From: Schizosaccharomyces osmophilus
Taxonomy: Eukaryota
Assembly: GCF_027921745.1 (NCBI RefSeq)
Contig: NC_079240.1
Location: forward strand, 1,798,001-1,862,000
DNA: 64,000 nt
Direction of reading: 5' to 3'
Both the position numbers and the translations under genes were made by a program. The notes below the pieces were generated by a model. It was not told the origin of the DNA. It made no database searches and saw only the letters and a list, made by a program, of their open reading frames with translations. Shown piece by piece: positions 23,604-37,840 of this stretch (position 1 is its first letter; each line of letters opens with the position of its first letter).

Positions 23604-25278
23604 CTAAGAATCCAGTTGGATAAAATGACGGGTAGCAAGCTTGCTTCGAGAGCGAATGCGATGTCCAAAAAAGTACAGGACATAAATCAAAGCAATTAAA
23701 GGTAAAGAAACGAAACCAATCACTGCAGTAGCCCAGTGAATATTCATTCGGCTGAACATGAGTGCGCTAAGGTGAACAAAGGCAGTACTGCCCAGGTTGG
23801 AGGGAAGCTCAAAAGCAGCAACAGCGGAAGCGGAAACGCTTGGATAAGAATCTGTGATGTATAAAAGCATTGCCTGCCAGATATGATAGTCGGCCATGTT
23901 AAAAATGGTAAGGGCAATTAAAGAGACGATATAATGAATGCTTGGTTTGGTACAGAATGCAAACATGAAAATACCGACGGGAAATCCCCATACCAAAGCT
24001 ATTGTCATCTTAAATCTTGCTTCTGGTCTAGATTTCTTGTTTATGCGTTTATCACGGCGATAGAGCCAGCTCTGAAGGGGTTCGAGCCACAAGAGGATAA
24101 TGCAAGCAGGTATTGCGGCCAAATAAGTGGAAGAAGCAGCCATGTCGGACATCTTGTAGATATCTACATAGACGGGCCAAATAGCTTGCAAAAAGAAGTA
24201 TAAAAGACCATTTACGAAACCGTTGTAGATCCCTAAGGATGTAACGATGGGCTCTGTGAAAAAGATTTTCAGAGCCACTGATAAAATAAAGTATGTGTTT
24301 TTGATTAAGGTTTTGAAAGTTAGTCTGGGGAACATGGACACAGGTTTGTTGTTTTGACGAGCTTCGTGTCGTTCAACTACGATTACAGGAAGCGTTTCTG
24401 GAGAGAATGCTAAAACAAGTAGAAAAAATCCTCCTACAATAACATTAATCCAATAAAGCCATCGCCAACCCAGTTTTGGATTTTCGGAAACAGCAGTACC
24501 CATTGGAGAACCGATGCTTGAAACCGAGCACATGAAAATGAACATGTACATACCCCAATTGGAATGTTCGCTTCTCAATAGATCAGCGACACCACCGGCT
24601 ACATTGGCTAATGTAGTGGATCCAACCGCACCGAGAATGAACATGGAAATGACAAGCTGAGGATAATTGATTGCCAATGCGCACGAAACGTTAAAACATA
24701 TATAAACCAACAATGAGCCGATGTAAACAAATTTTCTTCCCACCAAATCGGACAGTGGACCCAGCACAAGGGGGCCCAAAGCGACACCGAGCAAAAACAT
24801 ACTTTGACCCAGCAAAGATGTCTGTGAGGAAAGGTTCCATTCTTCGCTAACTTCGGATGAAACACCACTATAGAAATTTGGCGTCCAAAAGACATATGCC
24901 TGTAAAGAGGTCGTCAGAACGATCAACCATGCTTTCTTCCAAGTTGTCCAATTCTGAGGATGGGCTGGGTGATTGGTGGTGATCTCCTCTAGCCGTAGAG
25001 CATAGTCCGAACTTTCTTGATAATCATAGGAATCTATGTTATCCGACTTTGCGATGGAAGGCCGAATAACGGAGGGAATCGATACTGAATCTTCTGACTC
25101 ACGAATAGAACCGTCCTAGCGAAATGGTTAGTATTCAATCTTAGCTGCAGAAAAAAATATACCAAAAAAATTTACACAATTAAAAATATTCTCAACATGA
25201 ACACTACCAAGAAAATCTCTGTATATTTCTACTGATCCATACCTTTTTTAAAATATCACTTGACCCTTCAGAAGACAT
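23604..25278 (-). CDS. MFS DHA1-family transporter (Bsu1-like, possibly vitamin B6/B1-related)
   Basis: Exon 1 25243-25278, intron 25116-25242. HPQNWTTWKK, GPLSDLVGRK, WRWLYW, PETLP and PEARF motifs; about 12 TM segments; SPCC576.17c-like. Confidence 0.88.
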
Positions 25279-26204
25279 GCTGCATCACGTATCAATTAAT
25301 TTTTTTCCAAAATTGTTTTCTCCTCTATAAGTGTGCAAATTATGATTTATTTTGACAAACCCGATGTACTTCTGTTCATGTATCTATTGGAATCTGTATT
25401 GTTTACAAAAATGTAAACAAACCGGCAAGACGGTTGAGAAAAAAAAGAGCGACTTATTGACCGAATACCCACTCCTTATATAGTCCCATAGGATTAAGAT
25501 AGCTATCGTCATTCTTTTTTCGATAAAAATGCTTAAACTTCTGATTGGATGAATTTCCATGCTCCCGATCTTCAAAACCGCCGAGTATCCGAGAGAAAGG
25601 ACGATGGATTACAAATTCGGGCAGAGAGCTCAGCTGCCTGGACCTTTAATAATTTAATGAACTGAAGAAAGATTGAAAATTAACTATATATAAATCTAAA
25701 AAGAACTTTTTCGCCTGAATTTTCTAAAACAGTTGAATCCTTGTATACTTTACTATAAGCTCTGTAAGAAAAAACATCATATTAAAGTTTGTATGATATA
25801 CAATCGTCAAAACACTTTTTTTTTTTTTAATAAAATATATGGCGACGTGCGCGGTCGTTTTGGTTTTGTTGCATGCTGCATGCAGATGAGATGGAAATAG
25901 GGTCTTTGCTTGTTTTCCATCTAGACCAAATACATACTTCGATTTGACACAGACAAAGGTGGGTGAATGGTCGTCGTAGAAATGACCAACCAGGTTTCTT
26001 GAGACTGATTTGCTTGGGTATAAATGAATAGATAATTTTAGAAAGTTCGTATATGATTTCATGTTGCCGCATTTTTTATTGCTTCTACTTGAGCTTTAAA
26101 AATGAAAAGAAACATGAAACCTTTTGTGTAACGTCCCAAGGATAATAAATGATAGACAGAATGCAAATATACTTACTCCTAAACTTTTTATTTTTTATTT
26201 TTTT

Positions 26205-27329
26205 TTAATCACTCATCAATTCTTCCAATTCCGCAAGTTCTTCTTCCGTCAGCTGAGGCTGATTCGCCTCTGGTTTTTGGAAAGTGTCTTCCGAAGCCAT
26301 ATTTGTTTCGTTCGAAACCGAGGATAAATCCAAATTCCAAGATCGTAGTGTTCCATCCAATGATGCGGTAACCAAACATGATTTCCATTGAAGTAATTTG
26401 GTGACAGATTCATAATGGCCTGAATATACATGCGCCAAATTTCCAAGATTCACATTACATAATCGTACATTTTCATCTCGACAAGCCGTGCACACATTCC
26501 CGTCCGACAGCACAAGGACATCTGTACAGAAATCGGGATGTTCGAATCTGGTTTCTTCGTGCAATCCTTCATAAACGGACCATTGTCGGACAGTCTTATC
26601 TGCAGACGCAGTCCACAGAGATTCAGGATCCTCTGGTTCAAACATTAAGCTGTAAACATTCGATTGATGCCCCCAAAACCCTTCATCGTCAAGAGACTGA
26701 CCCCCTTCTCGTCGTATTTCCCATCTGCGAATGCTACTTTCGCTTCCACATGTCCAAAATATATTGCTTCCCGGCTGCCGAGTAATCTTCTCAATCCCCC
26801 TTGAATGCCCTGACAACTTATATAGCAGACGATTTGGTTGGGAACGTATGTCCCATATCGCAAGTGTCGCATCCACGGAACCCGAGATGAGCAAACCCTC
26901 TTCCTCGAACAGCAACAATGATTTTACATAATCAGCATGGCCTAACAGAGTCTCCACACATTCCCCAGTACGAACGTTCCACCTTTTAATCGTACTGTCC
27001 CATGAACCCGTATATAGAAAGCGATCCTGGTCGTCGCCCATAAGACTCTCTACCTGGCAGCAGGTCACCGGTCCCCCGTGGCCTTTGTAGACTTTGCATG
27101 TTTTCCCATCATTCATATCGTACAGGCGACACACATGAGAGGCCTCGCATGTGAATACTCTGGGCAGTTGGTATCTCTTCGGTGTGGTACGATCGAGTTC
27201 GATGTTTAAGACCTTGGATTTTAAATCCTTTGGATTTCCATGTTTATTTTTGGACTTCTCAAGTTTTCGCTCTTCATTTCGAACAGCATCTTCCGTCTGA
27301 AATAAGTATGTTGGATTACTGGTTTGCAT
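26205..27329 (-). CDS. WD40 repeat protein
   Basis: Multiple GH..WD repeats (GHGGPVTC, TGSWDSTIKRW, GHADYVKSL, GHYESVTKL); SPCC126.01c-like. Confidence 0.88.
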   Translation of the reverse strand: MQTSNPTYLFQTEDAVRNEERKLEKSKNKHGNPKDLKSKVLNIELDRTTPKRYQLPRVFTCEASHVCRLYDMNDGKTCKVYKGHGGPVTCCQVESLMGDDQDRFLYTGSWDSTIKRWNVRTGECVETLLGHADYVKSLLLFEEEGLLISGSVDATLAIWDIRSQPNRLLYKLSGHSRGIEKITRQPGSNIFWTCGSESSIRRWEIRREGGQSLDDEGFWGHQSNVYSLMFEPEDPESLWTASADKTVRQWSVYEGLHEETRFEHPDFCTDVLVLSDGNVCTACRDENVRLCNVNLGNLAHVYSGHYESVTKLLQWKSCLVTASLDGTLRSWNLDLSSVSNETNMASEDTFQKPEANQPQLTEEELAELEELMSD

Positions 27330-27793
27330 CCTGAACCTTGGCTATTCTAAAAGAGCGATCTAGGTTAAGAAACAAATCAAGGAATGAAGAAGTATTAATT
27401 TCTCTAACGAATCGTATCTTTGGTACCAACGTTTTTTGGTAGTTCTTTTTCCACTCTTCTATACTATGATTCACCATCATAGTATCGTTTTAGTGTTCAG
27501 TAAAAATAGAATCGCTCCTCAGAAGTTTTACAGATCAAGACGGCTATTGTTTGTCTTTAGAGTTTTCAATTTCATATTAAAAGTTTCTCAAAACCAGCCT
27601 TTCCTGTGTAGTCGCTAAGGAATTTTGTGCCTCACTCATCATGGTCAAGACCAAAACAAAGAAGCAGTCTCTGCATGTAGTATAACAAGAGAATTCACAT
27701 CAAACAGAGTAAAGAGTGCAATAAATAAAAACAAGGGTGCAGCCAGTATGAAAGCTTCAACACAAAGCCGAAACGAAATCAAAAAGGTAAAGA

Positions 27794-27866
27794 CGGTCAG
27801 AGTGGGGCTCGAACCCACGACCTCATGATTAACAGTCATGCGCACTACCAACTGTGCTATCCGACC
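27794..27866 (-). tRNA. tRNA-Asn (GTT)
   Basis: Reverse complement GGTCGGATAGCACAGTTGGTAGTGCGCATGACTGTTAATCATGAGGTCGTGGGTTCGAGCCCCACTCTGACCG folds as a cloverleaf; T5 terminator follows. Confidence 0.96.
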
Positions 27867-28228
27867 TTGGATGCTTTTCTGATATTCCAAAACAATTAAT
27901 CCTAATTTGGTATTGACTAGTGTAGATTGGTTTTAATGCTATTTTTAAAAGAAACGAATTATTGCTGGCAGAAGATATTCATTTGGTTTCTGAAAGGCAA
28001 CATGTAGACCTTTGAAATACTTTGGCTTCTTTGATTTGAGATAAATTGGGTAATTGGGTTGAACTCCTTCAAGTGCTACTACGAGCTATATTGTCGCTGT
28101 CCAACAATTATGTAAAGCTATTCTCTAGTCAGTAAATAAAAAAAACTTCCGTAAATTTGTGTTCTCATTAATCCATCAACCGAATAATTAATATACATTA
28201 GGAAACGCTTGTGTTCAACAGAAGCGAG

Positions 28229-30354
28229 TTACAGTTTTTCAACATAGGCAACAAGATTCGTAATTAAATCAGCTTTTTTTCCAGTAGATCGTAAGCTTCT
28301 GTCTCGTAAAATGTCTTTTAACTGGGGAACCTTCAAAATCTAGCAACTGTTAGTATGTTTGACAAAGGGTGATACGCAATGTAATTTTACCTTTAATTCT
28401 TTTTCTAGTATTCCACTGTCATGCATTTTTTTTAACTGAGAATCCTCCAGCGCAAATGATTGCTCTATATTTTCTTCGCGTTTCCGTTTTAGTGGAGCAA
28501 CTGGATTCACATCCTCTTCACCCTCTTCTATTGGAATATCGTTATTGCTGGGGCTAACAATTTCATTAAATTCCCGAATAGAATCTCCAACGCGCTAAAG
28601 GGTAAGTTACAAATATGATCATTTTCTTAGAACTTACCTTCTGTATCGCTTTGTATTTAGGTAGCGTTGTATCAACAAAGTCAGTTGGAATTTCATCATC
28701 GAGCGCTAATGCCTGCAGCACCTTGTAGTGCCATTGCAAAGTAGGATTATTGTATCTTCCTGGTTCATATGCCCGAAGTTCCATCCCTCGTAGAACATTT
28801 TGCATTGACTCAATGGAGTTTGGTGGAAGAAAATTAGGATTCGGATTGCCAGGAAGGCTCCGAATGTCATCGGCGGTTGGCAATTGAAGTAGAAAAATCC
28901 CAACTGGCAACTCAAAGTCTTTTCGGATATGGGTTGACGCGGCGGTCGGAATCATGGCCACGAAACTAGGACTAGAATTCGGTCGTGCGATAAACCAAGC
29001 AATCCCAATTTTGTTCGAATTAAGAAGCTTCTTATGCAACGCTGAAAATACCGCTCCTCCACCTCGGATTGTGTTTTCGATAGGCCGAATAAAAACAGCT
29101 GGTTTCAAAGAATGCCAAGGTTTGAGAGTTGAAGCATCCCGGAACCCTATAAGTCGTAATACAGGTTGTCCAAAGGATCGAATCTGATCCAAATCTTCTG
29201 GATCAAATACGATAGAAGACCCGCCATAAGTAAAAGATCTTTTGATTTCCGACTTTTTGAGTTCTTTTTTGGTGTCAAAACTTACCTGCTTACTTTGAGG
29301 AGTAGCAATTGCCAGGCGTTCTCCTTTGGCATAGACCCAGCTGGTTTTGACAGACTCCAATCTCTTTAGAAGAATGTAGCCTTGAATCTCAATTCTCACG
29401 TCCTTTCCCAAATCCATTTCCAGATGAAAGTGAGCCCGCTTTGGCTTTTGAAGAGCAGTTATCATATTCAGCATACCCTGTAACTGTGACTGACCCCGAC
29501 TGACCAAATTGGAAACGTCTTGGCGATCGTAAATGATGTATAAGAAATCTGAATAAAAAAGATTCACTCGGAAAGAATGGGTAGGAGGGTCCAAAAAAAC
29601 CGGATTTACTTGTACATCCAAGTCCTTCAAGTCCTGGGCTCTTTGAAGTATGATTCCTTTTTCCATTTCGTTCCAAGCAGGGTGATCGTTATCGGTAATT
29701 AGGAACAGACGCTTTTCGTATTTTTGAGCGTTGGTAGTGAAAAGAACACTGGCATGGTAAAGAACGTTGGACAAAGAGACTTGGGAAGAACAAGGCTTAA
29801 AATTTTTTTTGTACGAGTCGAAATCTTGTAGAAAGGTTAGCAGAGGCTCTCGAAAGAGTATTGCCAAACAGGTATTTGCTTCTTCGAAACCTTTTCAAAC
29901 CATTTACCTTTTTCGTAAGTCTGTAAGCTTTTGAGACGTTCAGCATCAGGTGGATCTAAATCCAAAAGAATTTGCTGATTTTCAAACCTGCCAGTAGAGG
30001 ATTCCTAATGGATTCGTAAGTAAGGATGACCTGGATCAAAATCGACCTTCTAGTAAATTCGTACTTACAGTCCCATATAATAAAACTCCCATTACATCGT
30101 TTGGATTTGTAATCACCCTCTGTGCTGCCAATTGATATGCACAAATTAGAGCCATTTGCAGCGAGCAAGGAGTAAATTCATCCACTGGCTCTAGCATACT
30201 AGGAGAAACCTCTACCACAAAAAGAATAGCATTTCGACCAGTGTAAACACTCTGCCTCTGTTGTTAGTCAAAACGTCAGCAAGCACCATTAATTCTGAAA
30301 GATATTACTTCGCACCTCAAAGTCTTCTGTGAACGAAGGGTCTTCTGGATCCAT
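28229..30354 (-). CDS. pku70: Ku70 DNA end-binding protein
   Basis: About 6 exons. AILFVVEVSPSM, KRLFLITDNDHP, LPTADDIRSLP, NPTLQWHYKVLQALAL; C-terminal SAP domain (LKVPQLKDILRDRSLRSTGKKADLI). Confidence 0.92.
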
Positions 30355-31101
30355 CAATGAACCTTTTGAAATCCAAAAAATAGAAATGAAAGAGTAAAAT
30401 TGGAAATAACTAAATCCAAGGGACGCGTTTCAAGAATTACACGCAGCGGCAAAAATTTGTGTGGACGAATTTCAACAAGGAAACAGCGACCTTCCTCTAT
30501 AAAAGAATTATACAATCCAAAGAACCTCTTTGGTACTGAACAGGAAAAGGACCTTTCTTTATATTTACAACATGCTGGACCTATAATAGGGAGGTTTATC
30601 GTTTGTTCTAAAATATATAGAGAGACATTCGGGCGCCTAATTTGCTTTTGTAAGATATAAACAAAAGAACACGAGTTTCTGATGAAGGAATCCTTCGGAC
30701 AGGTATTCAAATATTGCTTCCTTCTTCTTAAATAAAAGCTAAAAGATGAAGATTTTCTCGATGGTTTTTGCAAAGACAATGATTTCTTTGGTTTAGCAAG
30801 AGAGAAAATTTGAAAGAACCATCCTTTCGTCCGCCTTCATATCCACTCATTTTTCAGTTATTTTTGCTCTTTTTTTAGATAAAAACTTAATCCTTTTTAA
30901 AAATACGTATTCCGAGAAACAACTGAAACAAATATACTGTTTTCATACTTATCCTACGCGTGTTCTGTTTACTAACGAAGAACGCTTCCATACCGTATCT
31001 AAGATAGAACACCTAAAAGTCTTCGGTATTTCCCAGCTAAAGCTGGTAGTTGCCAAAAGGAAATTTTCCAACGAAAACAACCTACATCAAGTGTTTCTGC
31101 T

Positions 31102-32873
31102 ATGGGACGTGATGGTAAACGAAGTTGGTATAATGGCGATCGCAGGGAAGCCAAAAGAAACCGAGTAAATACTGCTCAGTACGATGAAAAACGACCCGAG
31201 CACTTGGTCGTTGGTGAAAAGAAACCAAAACGTAAAGCTGCTTGCCTTGTAGGGTACTGCGGTACTGGTTATCACGGTATGCAATTGAATCCTCCTAGTA
31301 GAACGATTGAAGGAGACCTTTTCGACGCGTTTGTCAAGGTTGGTGCCGTGTCTTCTTACAACTCGGATGATCCAAAGAAAGTCGCTTTAGCTCGTGCTGC
31401 ACGTACCGATAAGGGTGTTCATGCTGCTGGAAATGTCATCACGTTAAAACTAATAATGGAGGATGAGCAATTGATCGAAAAAGTCAACCAGCATCTTCCT
31501 CCTTCTATCCGCGTTTGGGATGTTATCCGTACGATTAACTCCTTTAACCCTAGAACGTACTGCGAATCTCGTATCTATGAGTACCTGATTCCTACTTATG
31601 CTTTCGTCCCCCCGAAGCCCACTTCTGTGTTGGGTCAGTGCATTGCCAGAAACTCTCCTATGCCAAATGAACCTATTGATGAAAATGACATCAACCAGGT
31701 GAGCCGCAAGATTTTCTACGAAGAGGGAAAAGAGTTTTGGGATAAGTACAAAGAAATGGAAGCTGCTATTTTGGAGGCCTATAACGCAGACCCTGAGAAT
31801 TTTGTCAATCCCTTTTCTAAGAAAGCTGCCGCCGCTGCCGCTTCTGCTGAAGGAAACGAGAGCGTCAAACATTGGGAGTCATCTGTGCCCCCTTCTGAGG
31901 AGAATGCTCAAAAACCCACTCCTGTTAATCCACCTGAGGAGGAAGCCAGCACAGAAGAGCTCCAAAGAAATGGTTCAAAAGATGAAGAGACTTCTGCTCC
32001 AACACCAGAGGAAAGTCAATCTGATGCCTCTACACCCAAAAGTGATCCAGCTATGAGACTTGACCGTGCTTTAAAAAATGCAGAAATGCAGCTACTAAAG
32101 GAGTATCGAATCTCTGAAAAGAGATTACGAGTTATTAGAGAAACTCTGGATTGCTATGTTGGAAATCATAACTTTCACAACTTTACCGTCGGGCAAGCGT
32201 TTTACCAAAAAAACAGTAACCGATTGATACGCTCTTTTAAGGTATGTTTGTTCACTAATTTATGAAGTATATCAGAATTTTTATTAACAATATTGTTAGG
32301 CTTCTGACCCAATTATAATTGGTAACACTGAGTGGATTTCCTTGAAGGTACACGGACAGTCATTTATGTTACACCAAATCCGAAAAATGATAGCTTTGGC
32401 CGTGCTAATGGTTCGCACTGGGTGCAACTTGAGTCGCATTCAAGATGCTTTTAAAAAAACAAAAGTAAATATCCCTAAAGGCCCTGGATTTGGTCTTTTG
32501 TTAGAGTCTCCTTTCTTCAAAGGTTATAATGAGCACAAGGCTCCGGATAATGATCGAGATCCTATTGACTTTAATAAGTACTCTGAAAGTATAGAAAAGT
32601 TTAAACACGCTCACATTTACGATAAAATTTTCCTAGAGGAAAGTCGGAAACAAGTGTAAGTAAATTTTCTTTTAATTCATTATTGCTAACTCATTTAGTT
32701 TCCATTGCTTTTTGACCTTCATAGACAGCTATAAGGAGATTGACTTTCAATATCTTTCGGATATTGGCATCACTGCTGAAGAAGAAAAGATCGCCGAAAA
32801 CGGACTACCAGATGAATTGTCTAGTGAAGACGAGGATGATGCAAAGACCAATAAGGATGAATTAGAAGGATAA
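31102..32873 (+). CDS. pus1: TruA-family tRNA/U2 pseudouridine synthase Pus1
   Basis: GYCGTGYHGMQ, ARTDKGVHA, HNFHNFT, GQSFMLHQIRKM; introns 32242-32299 and about 32656-32698. Confidence 0.94.
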
Positions 32874-33213
32874 AAGCGTTTTAGCAACTGACTAAGCATA
32901 ATTTTTTGTTAAACGGGTACTTTGGAGATTTTGGGAATCTATTTTTGGTTAATTTTAGATAATAGAAGATGTTTAATTGAAAATTTTTTAATTTTGACGA
33001 GAAAAAATAGTGATAATATATATAGGATAACAGTACATCATGAAAATACGTTCGTGTATTCAGAATACACAACCTCAACATATACGTACAAATAACAATT
33101 TAATTAACAGCGAAATAGTAAGAAAACAATGATCATTATGTGCAAAGTAAATCCCATTATCACTCATAAGCTTATCATAGCAAAATATTCATGCAAAGAA
33201 GACATAGAAAAGA

Positions 33214-34324
33214 TTAACGTGCGCTAAAAGGAACAACTCTTCCAAGTATGGTACCGGTAACTTGCATTCCTTGTTCTCCGTGTCGAAAGGCGGCCGCAAT
33301 TAACTCCCTAGTACGGAAATAGGTATGCCTCCGTTTAACAGGTAAAACTGTTCTATGTTCTAAAGGTTTATTACCAGATTGTTGTAGTGCGTTCATAATA
33401 AAATCAACTTCCTCATCCGAATCGACAGGTGTTTCGTGTTGCTGTTCTTCCGATTCTTTGGCGGTTTCGAGAATTTGACCTGAGGAATTTAGTAAGCATC
33501 ACTTTCGAATATGTTACAAACATACGTTGTATTTTGGCTTGGTTTTTCTTTTGACAAGAAGCTAGCAAAACATCATATGGCTGAGAGCGACCAGGAACAG
33601 CACGCTTGCTTGACATGGAATGAGTTTTGCATGTCAAAGAACGTGCACACATCAGGTTGTTAGGTAAAAGGACACCACATTGTTTGTCAACATCAACAGG
33701 ACCTGTACAATTAGTAAAATAAAGAGTAAGTTCCATACCTTTTTGTTTTGTATTCTTCTTCTTTCCCACGTCCTTTTTGGACGAAGCATTCGCTTTCGTG
33801 GATTTCTTACTTTCTTCCACTTTCCGTCGTTTAGAAGGAGCAACCTCTGTGGTATTATTACTATGGTTGGAAGCGTCTCCAGAAGAACCATTCAGTTTTG
33901 GATGCGCTGCTTTACTACCATTCTTGACAGAAGCCGTAGATGAAGTCACCGTTTCCTTTGAGTTTACTGCTGCAGAAACATCCTTTTCTGTCTGACGCTT
34001 TAGTGAATTTTTCTCAACACATTTCCCATTATGCTCCTCAATATAGTTTGATAAATATGGCCTGTCGCATGTCGGGCAAAGTACATAATCAAGATCTGTA
34101 TTATTAGGCTCAACGCCAAAACGAGGAAACGACTCTGCAGGAAGAGGTACTCGAGAGCTTTCCGTATTACTTTTTTTACTTTCTATTTCATTTTCTGGGT
34201 CGTTGGAGCTACTCTGATTTCCGCTATCATCCTTTGGCAACCCGTTCGGAAACTTCAACAAAATTTCGTGATTTCGCTCCCATTCTTCTGGAAAAAGCTC
34301 TAATGTCTGCTGCTCGGTTAACAT
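33214..34324 (-). CDS. sgf73: SAGA deubiquitination module subunit Sgf73 (ataxin-7 family)
   Basis: CPTC..H..C zinc finger and SCA7 domain [37 protein letters not shown]; introns 33703-33738 and 33480-33525. Confidence 0.92.
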
Positions 34325-34872
34325 GTTTATGTATTTGAATGTCTTTTGTATGGTGAAACTAAGCCGTCTCGAGCCGGCTTCTACCTCGGTGGTGGACCCA
34401 AAATGGTTTAATCTCAGTAAAAGAAGGATCGATTATAGGCAAAATAACAATCTGTTATAAAACATGCTGAATATTTTTGCCTTTGTTTTAGAAATCAAAA
34501 AAGTGAGATTTAAGTGGTCTAATTTAATGTGTACTTTAGAACATTGTAGAAGATGAAAAAATTGAGATTACGGTTTGAGCCATCTACTTTCTATGGTAAA
34601 AACTTTTTATTTTTAGATAATGGTGTTTGTTTGTTTAATTCTTGTACAATTCAAAGTCTTGGCAGGCATGAATGTGTGGTATATCGATTCATTCAGATTC
34701 TGGTGAAAAGAAATTAACGACGTGATTTTTATTTTGGTTATTAAAGGGCAGTCAACTGTAACAGTAAAAACTCGAATTATCATTTGGTAAATATGAAGAA
34801 ATAGGTCAGTATCGGCAAGGCTGAAAAGCCTTAAAGTGAGAATGCTAATTTTCATGTAAATTTGGGTACGAC

Positions 34873-35968
34873 TCACAATCGATCATGCAAAATATCTTTT
34901 ACAGAGTTCCATGTAGTTGGAGACAGTCTGTTAGGTAGCTCTTCATAACTAGACCAAGCCCAATCAAAAACATTTTCTACCTTTGGGACTCGTAAACCCT
35001 GCACCAGCCGGGCTCTTAAAAGAAACAACTAATTAGGTTAGTCAAAATATTCATACAAATCAAATGTATGATTAAAAAAAAAAAAGAGTCCTCCTCTTAC
35101 AAAAGAGCTATACTTACCTTCTTCTCGTCTTGCTTAATTAAACCTATCGGGTGATTGGCGACAAACCAGACTAACGATTGTTCGTCTAGTATGTTTTGTA
35201 ATTGTTCTTGGCAAAGCTAGACAGTTTGTTAGAGTTGTATACGTAAAAAACGAAAGAAGAAATCTTAAATCCTTGATACACGGTAGAGTGAATCCGTATT
35301 CCAATAACCGGCTCCTCTTAATCTAAACAATTTACTTACCAGGTGCAAAGCCTTTTGATCACTCTCAATTGGAACAATGGGAAATTGCCATTCTGCATCT
35401 TTTGTTGGTTTAATTAATAGAAAAAGGGACTTTTCTAAGCAACGCTGAGTGCTATGTACATCACCAGCTTGATCTGCTTCTGTGATTCTTGGTTGTAAAT
35501 AGGTGCTTGGATCAGAGAGTGCGTTGTCTTCCATCAATTTGTGCTCATTTTCAAAAATGGCTTGAAAGGGAGACTCTCTTCCTTCCAGGTCCTTTTGTCT
35601 TGTTTTCCAATCTTTTTCACCAACGGATCCCTTTTTGAAGTAAAATTCTTTGGGCAAAGGGGCGCTTAATTCATTCCATAGTTCCGCATTATACTTGTAT
35701 ACACTTTTTTCAAATTCGGACGGCGTCCGCGTTAATATAGGTGAACGGATTAGAATTGTTCCCACCGAGCAACCTAACTATGTTAGATAAAAATTCACTT
35801 TTTCACGAAGAAAAACCTCAATGGTCTTCAAATTATGCGGAATGAATCACACATTGCTCAAAGAAGAAACTCCATACCTGTAGAAATATGTCTATGCTGA
35901 GCATTTCTTACAAACTGCGCGTAAAAATGCGGTTTTGTAGATATTTGACGCGAAAAAAAACGAATCAT
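34873..35968 (-). CDS. mrpl17: Mitochondrial ribosomal protein L17 (mL46)
   Basis: Presequence MIRFFSRQISTK; LIRSPILTR, FYFKKGS, PRITEAD..STQRCLEKSLFLL, WQFP. Multi-exon; internal boundaries approximate. Confidence 0.82.
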
Positions 35969-36236
35969 TATAAACGCCTAAGTCAGGTTATTAATGCTTC
36001 ATAAAACTCCAAAAAAAAGCAGGGTTTTCTTCTCTTTTGTCGTTTGTTTACGAAGCGTGCATGAGTACGGTCTCAGTTTGGCTACCCTTCATTTACGTGG
36101 TAAAATGCGATATTATCTATTAACACAAGGCTATGCATTCACGTTATCCTAAACTGTCACTTGGACATCAACGCTGAAGTAACATACATTAAAGTCATAG
36201 GCATGAATGATTCATGCTGTATCTTCAATTTCCACA

Positions 36237-37338
36237 ATGTCTTCGTCCGTTGATCTAAAACGTAAGGAATTGCTAATTATGAAGCTCACCAAATATAAGC
36301 TGCTGAAAATTTGACTCAGTATCTCGAAAACTACTTTGAGAAACCCATTCGGGCTGCTGTTATACGGATTTCGAACGGTATGGTAATCCTTGCTTTTCTA
36401 GCTAAATCGCGTACTTCTACGGATGACTAACCTACTATTAGAGAGCTCTTTTGAGGTTTCCGATACTGTGGACAAAAGCTCTTCCTTTGAATCAGATTTT
36501 GAGAAGATTCGTCAGGTATTGCTCGCTTCTTCCGAGCCCGCCTTCGTTTTGGTTCATGATCAAAACCGTAATGATCTTTTGCAATTTATTTCTTATGTAC
36601 CTGAATCGGCTAATGTTCGAAACAAAATGCTCTATGCCTCCAGTCGTTCTGGTTTAATTCGCATTGTCAATATGTCAAAAATCGACAAATCTTTCTTTGC
36701 TAGTACCACTGAGGAGCTAAGCTATAAGTCGTTTTTTGACCAGATCACAAAAGAAACTGACTCAGCACCTCTTCGTCAAGACGAAAAAGAAAGACAACAA
36801 GTTGATGAGGTACTCATTTTTTTTTTCAGCCAGTATCATTGATTTTCTTGCTAACAGATATCCTTTTTAGTCTTTACAATCTTCCACATCTCAAAAGCGT
36901 TCTTTAGTTACTGGAGGTATAGCAATGGAAATAAACGACGATGCTTTGGAAGGCATAAAGAAGCTTCGCTCTGTCCCTCAAAATACCCTTCTACTTTTTG
37001 TATGATTCTTCTTCTTTTGTTGTATTACTAACGTGTTGGTAGTCTGTCCGAGACGAAGTAATTTGCCTAGAAGATGAGAAAGCAAACATCGCTGCTTCTG
37101 ATGTAAAGTCCTTCTTTCACCCTTCTGAACCGAGATTTGGTTTTTACTCCCAATCTAAGGATGAAAAACTAAAAAATTGTATGTGACGTTCTTTGAACTA
37201 TTTACTAACGATACATCAGTGTTCATTTACATATGCCCTATGCAATCCTCTGTAAAAAACAGAATGGTCTACTCGTCTTGCAAACTCGCATTCCTGAACA
37301 AGGTTGAAGAGGAGTTTGGCGTAAGCATAGATGGAAGG

Positions 37339-37372
<34 letters not shown>

Positions 37373-37531
37373 GAGAAACACTAACATATCTAGTTGGAAT
37401 CAAACGATTCTGCTGACTGCACCGAAAAGGAAATTTTTCAAGCTTTAGGTCTTATTGATACCTCAAAAGAGTCAAAAGAGTCGAACGCAAGGTCTGGCTT
37501 TTCTAGACCCCGTCCTCCTCGTAGACGCTAA
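36237..37531 (+). CDS. twf1: Twinfilin (two ADF-H domains)
   Basis: Seven exons. FISYVPESANVRNKMLYASSR, FIYICPMQSSVKNRMVYSSCK, C-terminal GFSRPRPPRRR*. Confidence 0.9.
37342..37369 (+). repeat. T28 homopolymer inside last twf1 intron
   Basis: 28 consecutive T directly after the GTA donor. Confidence 0.85.
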
Positions 37532-37840
37532 AATTAAGCTCTCATTCTTGTTTTCTTCTATATGATACATCTTTACACAAGTCATGAATCCCTTCTTTGG
37601 AATGAATATTATTGAACGCTCTTGTTATAGTAGCTCATTTGTCTTTTCACCTTACCATCTACTTTTTCTTTATAAAATTTATTAATAGATTATACACTGC
37701 CTTTCATGCACTTCCAACAGGAATTGAATACTCACCCAAAAATTAAATATTCATTACTCATAACCGTTTCATATCTAATCCCGCTTGTATCCTTAAACAC
37801 AAACGTGCTATTTTTCGTCACAATATGCAATGTACAGACA

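Noticed and set aside
30354..30779. 141-aa and 86-aa ORFs between pku70 and pus1
   Set aside because: Non-ATG starts and no domain; they lie in a divergent promoter region.
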